From positions 82,794,987 to 82,858,986 of the forward strand of contig NC_057716.1 in assembly GCF_004010195.1 (NCBI RefSeq): DNA of 64,000 bases, written 5' to 3'. A program made the position numbers and the translations under genes. The notes below the pieces were generated by a model. That model did no database searches and had not been told where the DNA came from. It saw only the letters and a list, made by a program, of their open reading frames with translations. This DNA comes from Chiloscyllium plagiosum (lineage: Eukaryota). This document shows positions 62,249 through 64,000 of this stretch, piece after piece (the first letter of the stretch is position 1; every line of letters begins with the position of its first letter).

Positions 62249-62879
62249 CTACATCAATGTCACAACTATAGAAGATAGTTACATCAGCTTACATGGCAAA
62301 CACACTGCGTGCTCTTCAACCAAATGACCATTTAATATGAATGTCACAGGGAAGCATATGTAAAGTCATTTGTGGAATCAATTTCTTTGGGTACCGCTGC
62401 CTTCAGTCAAAGTGCTTGTCCGATTCCAATCAGATTGGTGAGGTATGCGGTCCTGTATGTCATTGCAGTCAAGGGTTGGGCCGCAATCAATCCTACAGTT
62501 CAACTAGTCTGAGGATTACAGATGGGTCAGCTACAATGCTGGGAAAACTTTAGTCAAGGGCTGGACTGTTCTCTGTCAGGCTTGTCCTGCTATGTCAGTC
62601 AGTGGTATGGGCCACAGTCAGTCCAGGGGTTATGTCAGTCATGGTAAGAGGCTGTTGGGGTGAGTCTGTAGACTCTTAGGGAAAGTGACAAGTTCAAGTC
62701 TGGAGCTGAGGTTTATTGAAATGGGTCACTGACTGAATGATTATATTGAGTGGGGACAATTCAAAATAGATACGTGAGTTCTCATAGCATAGGAGGGCAG
62801 GGGAAACTGCAATGGGGAGAGGGGGTTCTCACAGGTGCCAAATACACTGTGGGAGAATGATTGACCTGTGAATTTCTGC

Positions 62880-63630
62880 AACTGACCGCGATTTCCCCTC
62901 CCATGTGGTTAATGATGACCCCCAGCGCATCTCATCCACATCCTGCACCTCTGCCCTCGAACCCCACCCCTCCAACCACAACAAGGACAGAAACCACTGG
63001 TCCTCACCTTCCACCCACCAATCTCTGTGTACATCACATCATCCTCTGCCTTTGACCCACGTACAAATGGACCCCCCCACCAGAGATATATTCCCCTATC
63101 CACCCTTATCCACTTTCCTTAAAGACCGTTCCCCTTGCGACCACCTCGTCAGGTCTACGCTTCTAGCAACTCACCCTCCCTTCCCAGCACCATCCCCTGC
63201 CACCACAGGAATTGCAAAACCTACGCCCACACCTCCTCCCTCACCTCCATCCAAGGCCCCAAAGGAGCCTTCCACAACCAAAGTTTCACCTGCATTTCCA
63301 CACGTCATTTACTGTATTCGTTGCTCCTGATGTGGTCTCCTCTACATTGGGGAGAGTGGATGTCTACTCGCAGAGCACTTCAGAGAACATCTCCAGGACA
63401 CCCGCACCAATCAACCCACTATCCCGTGGGCCAAACAGTTTAACTGCCCCTCCCACTCTGCCAAGGACCTGCAGGTACTGGGCCTCCTCCATCATCACTC
63501 CCTGACCACCCGACACCTGGAGGAAGAACACCTCATCTTCTGCCTTGGGAATCTCCAACTCTACGTCATAAATGTGGATTTCACCAGTTTCCTCATTTCC
63601 TCTAACCCCACCTTACCTCAATTCCAAACC
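62880..63630 (+). mobile_element. PLE family A fragment (linker and GIY-YIG endonuclease), decayed
   Basis: VIYCIRCS*CGLLYIGE, FREHL and EEHLIF motifs; collinear with 46490-47240. Confidence 0.9.
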
Positions 63631-64000
63631 AATTTACAAACCAAAGGCTCAGAAGTAAATTCAGGAAATAAATAATTATAATTAATAATAATTAAATGAA
63701 TCTAATGGAAAAGTGAAGATTGAAAGGTCATCAGTGACACAGAGACAGGAACACAAAAGTGAAGATGAACGATTGGGGTGATCATTGTGCATTTCAGGTA
63801 GAGCTTACAAGTCATTCACAAGGCACAATGCTGAAACATTGCTATCTTTGCTCCAGCTTTTACTGCACAATAGCAAGGATAAGGAGTGGGTGAGTAAGTG
63901 ACTGTTTTCTCTTTTTGGTACAGAATAGAATTCTGTGAGTGAGGCCCCACTAGAGGCAATTGCATTCATCATGCATGAACTAATTCAGTAAGGCTATCCA

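Overview
Eukaryotic, AT-rich, repeat-dense DNA with no recognisable host protein-coding gene; it reads as a large intron or gene desert. The repeat content (HE1 tRNA-SINEs, HER1/CR1-type LINEs, Deu-domain SINE relics) points to an elasmobranch, most likely a shark (inference). Nearly all ORFs in the track are retroelement fragments or noise. Identifiable elements are many CR1/HER1 LINE fragments, one 5'-truncated Tx1-clade LINE, three Rex1/Babar-type LINE 3' ends, five HE1 SINEs, a solo LTR, a Gypsy gag relic, a ~1.9 kb element with ~160-bp terminal inverted repeats, and two N gaps. The dominant signal is about 25 insertions from at least four Penelope-like element (PLE) families. Each family carries a minimal type-I hammerhead ribozyme motif (CTGANGA-stem II-GAAA-palindromic stem III), though most copies are decayed. 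Many are head-to-head palindromes with unequal arms and 8-16 bp target-site duplications (TSDs), and different families repeatedly hit the same or adjacent sites. Several TE-free, homeodomain/POU-motif-rich blocks may be conserved enhancers. All family calls come from motif recognition by eye, and boundaries without a TSD are approximate.
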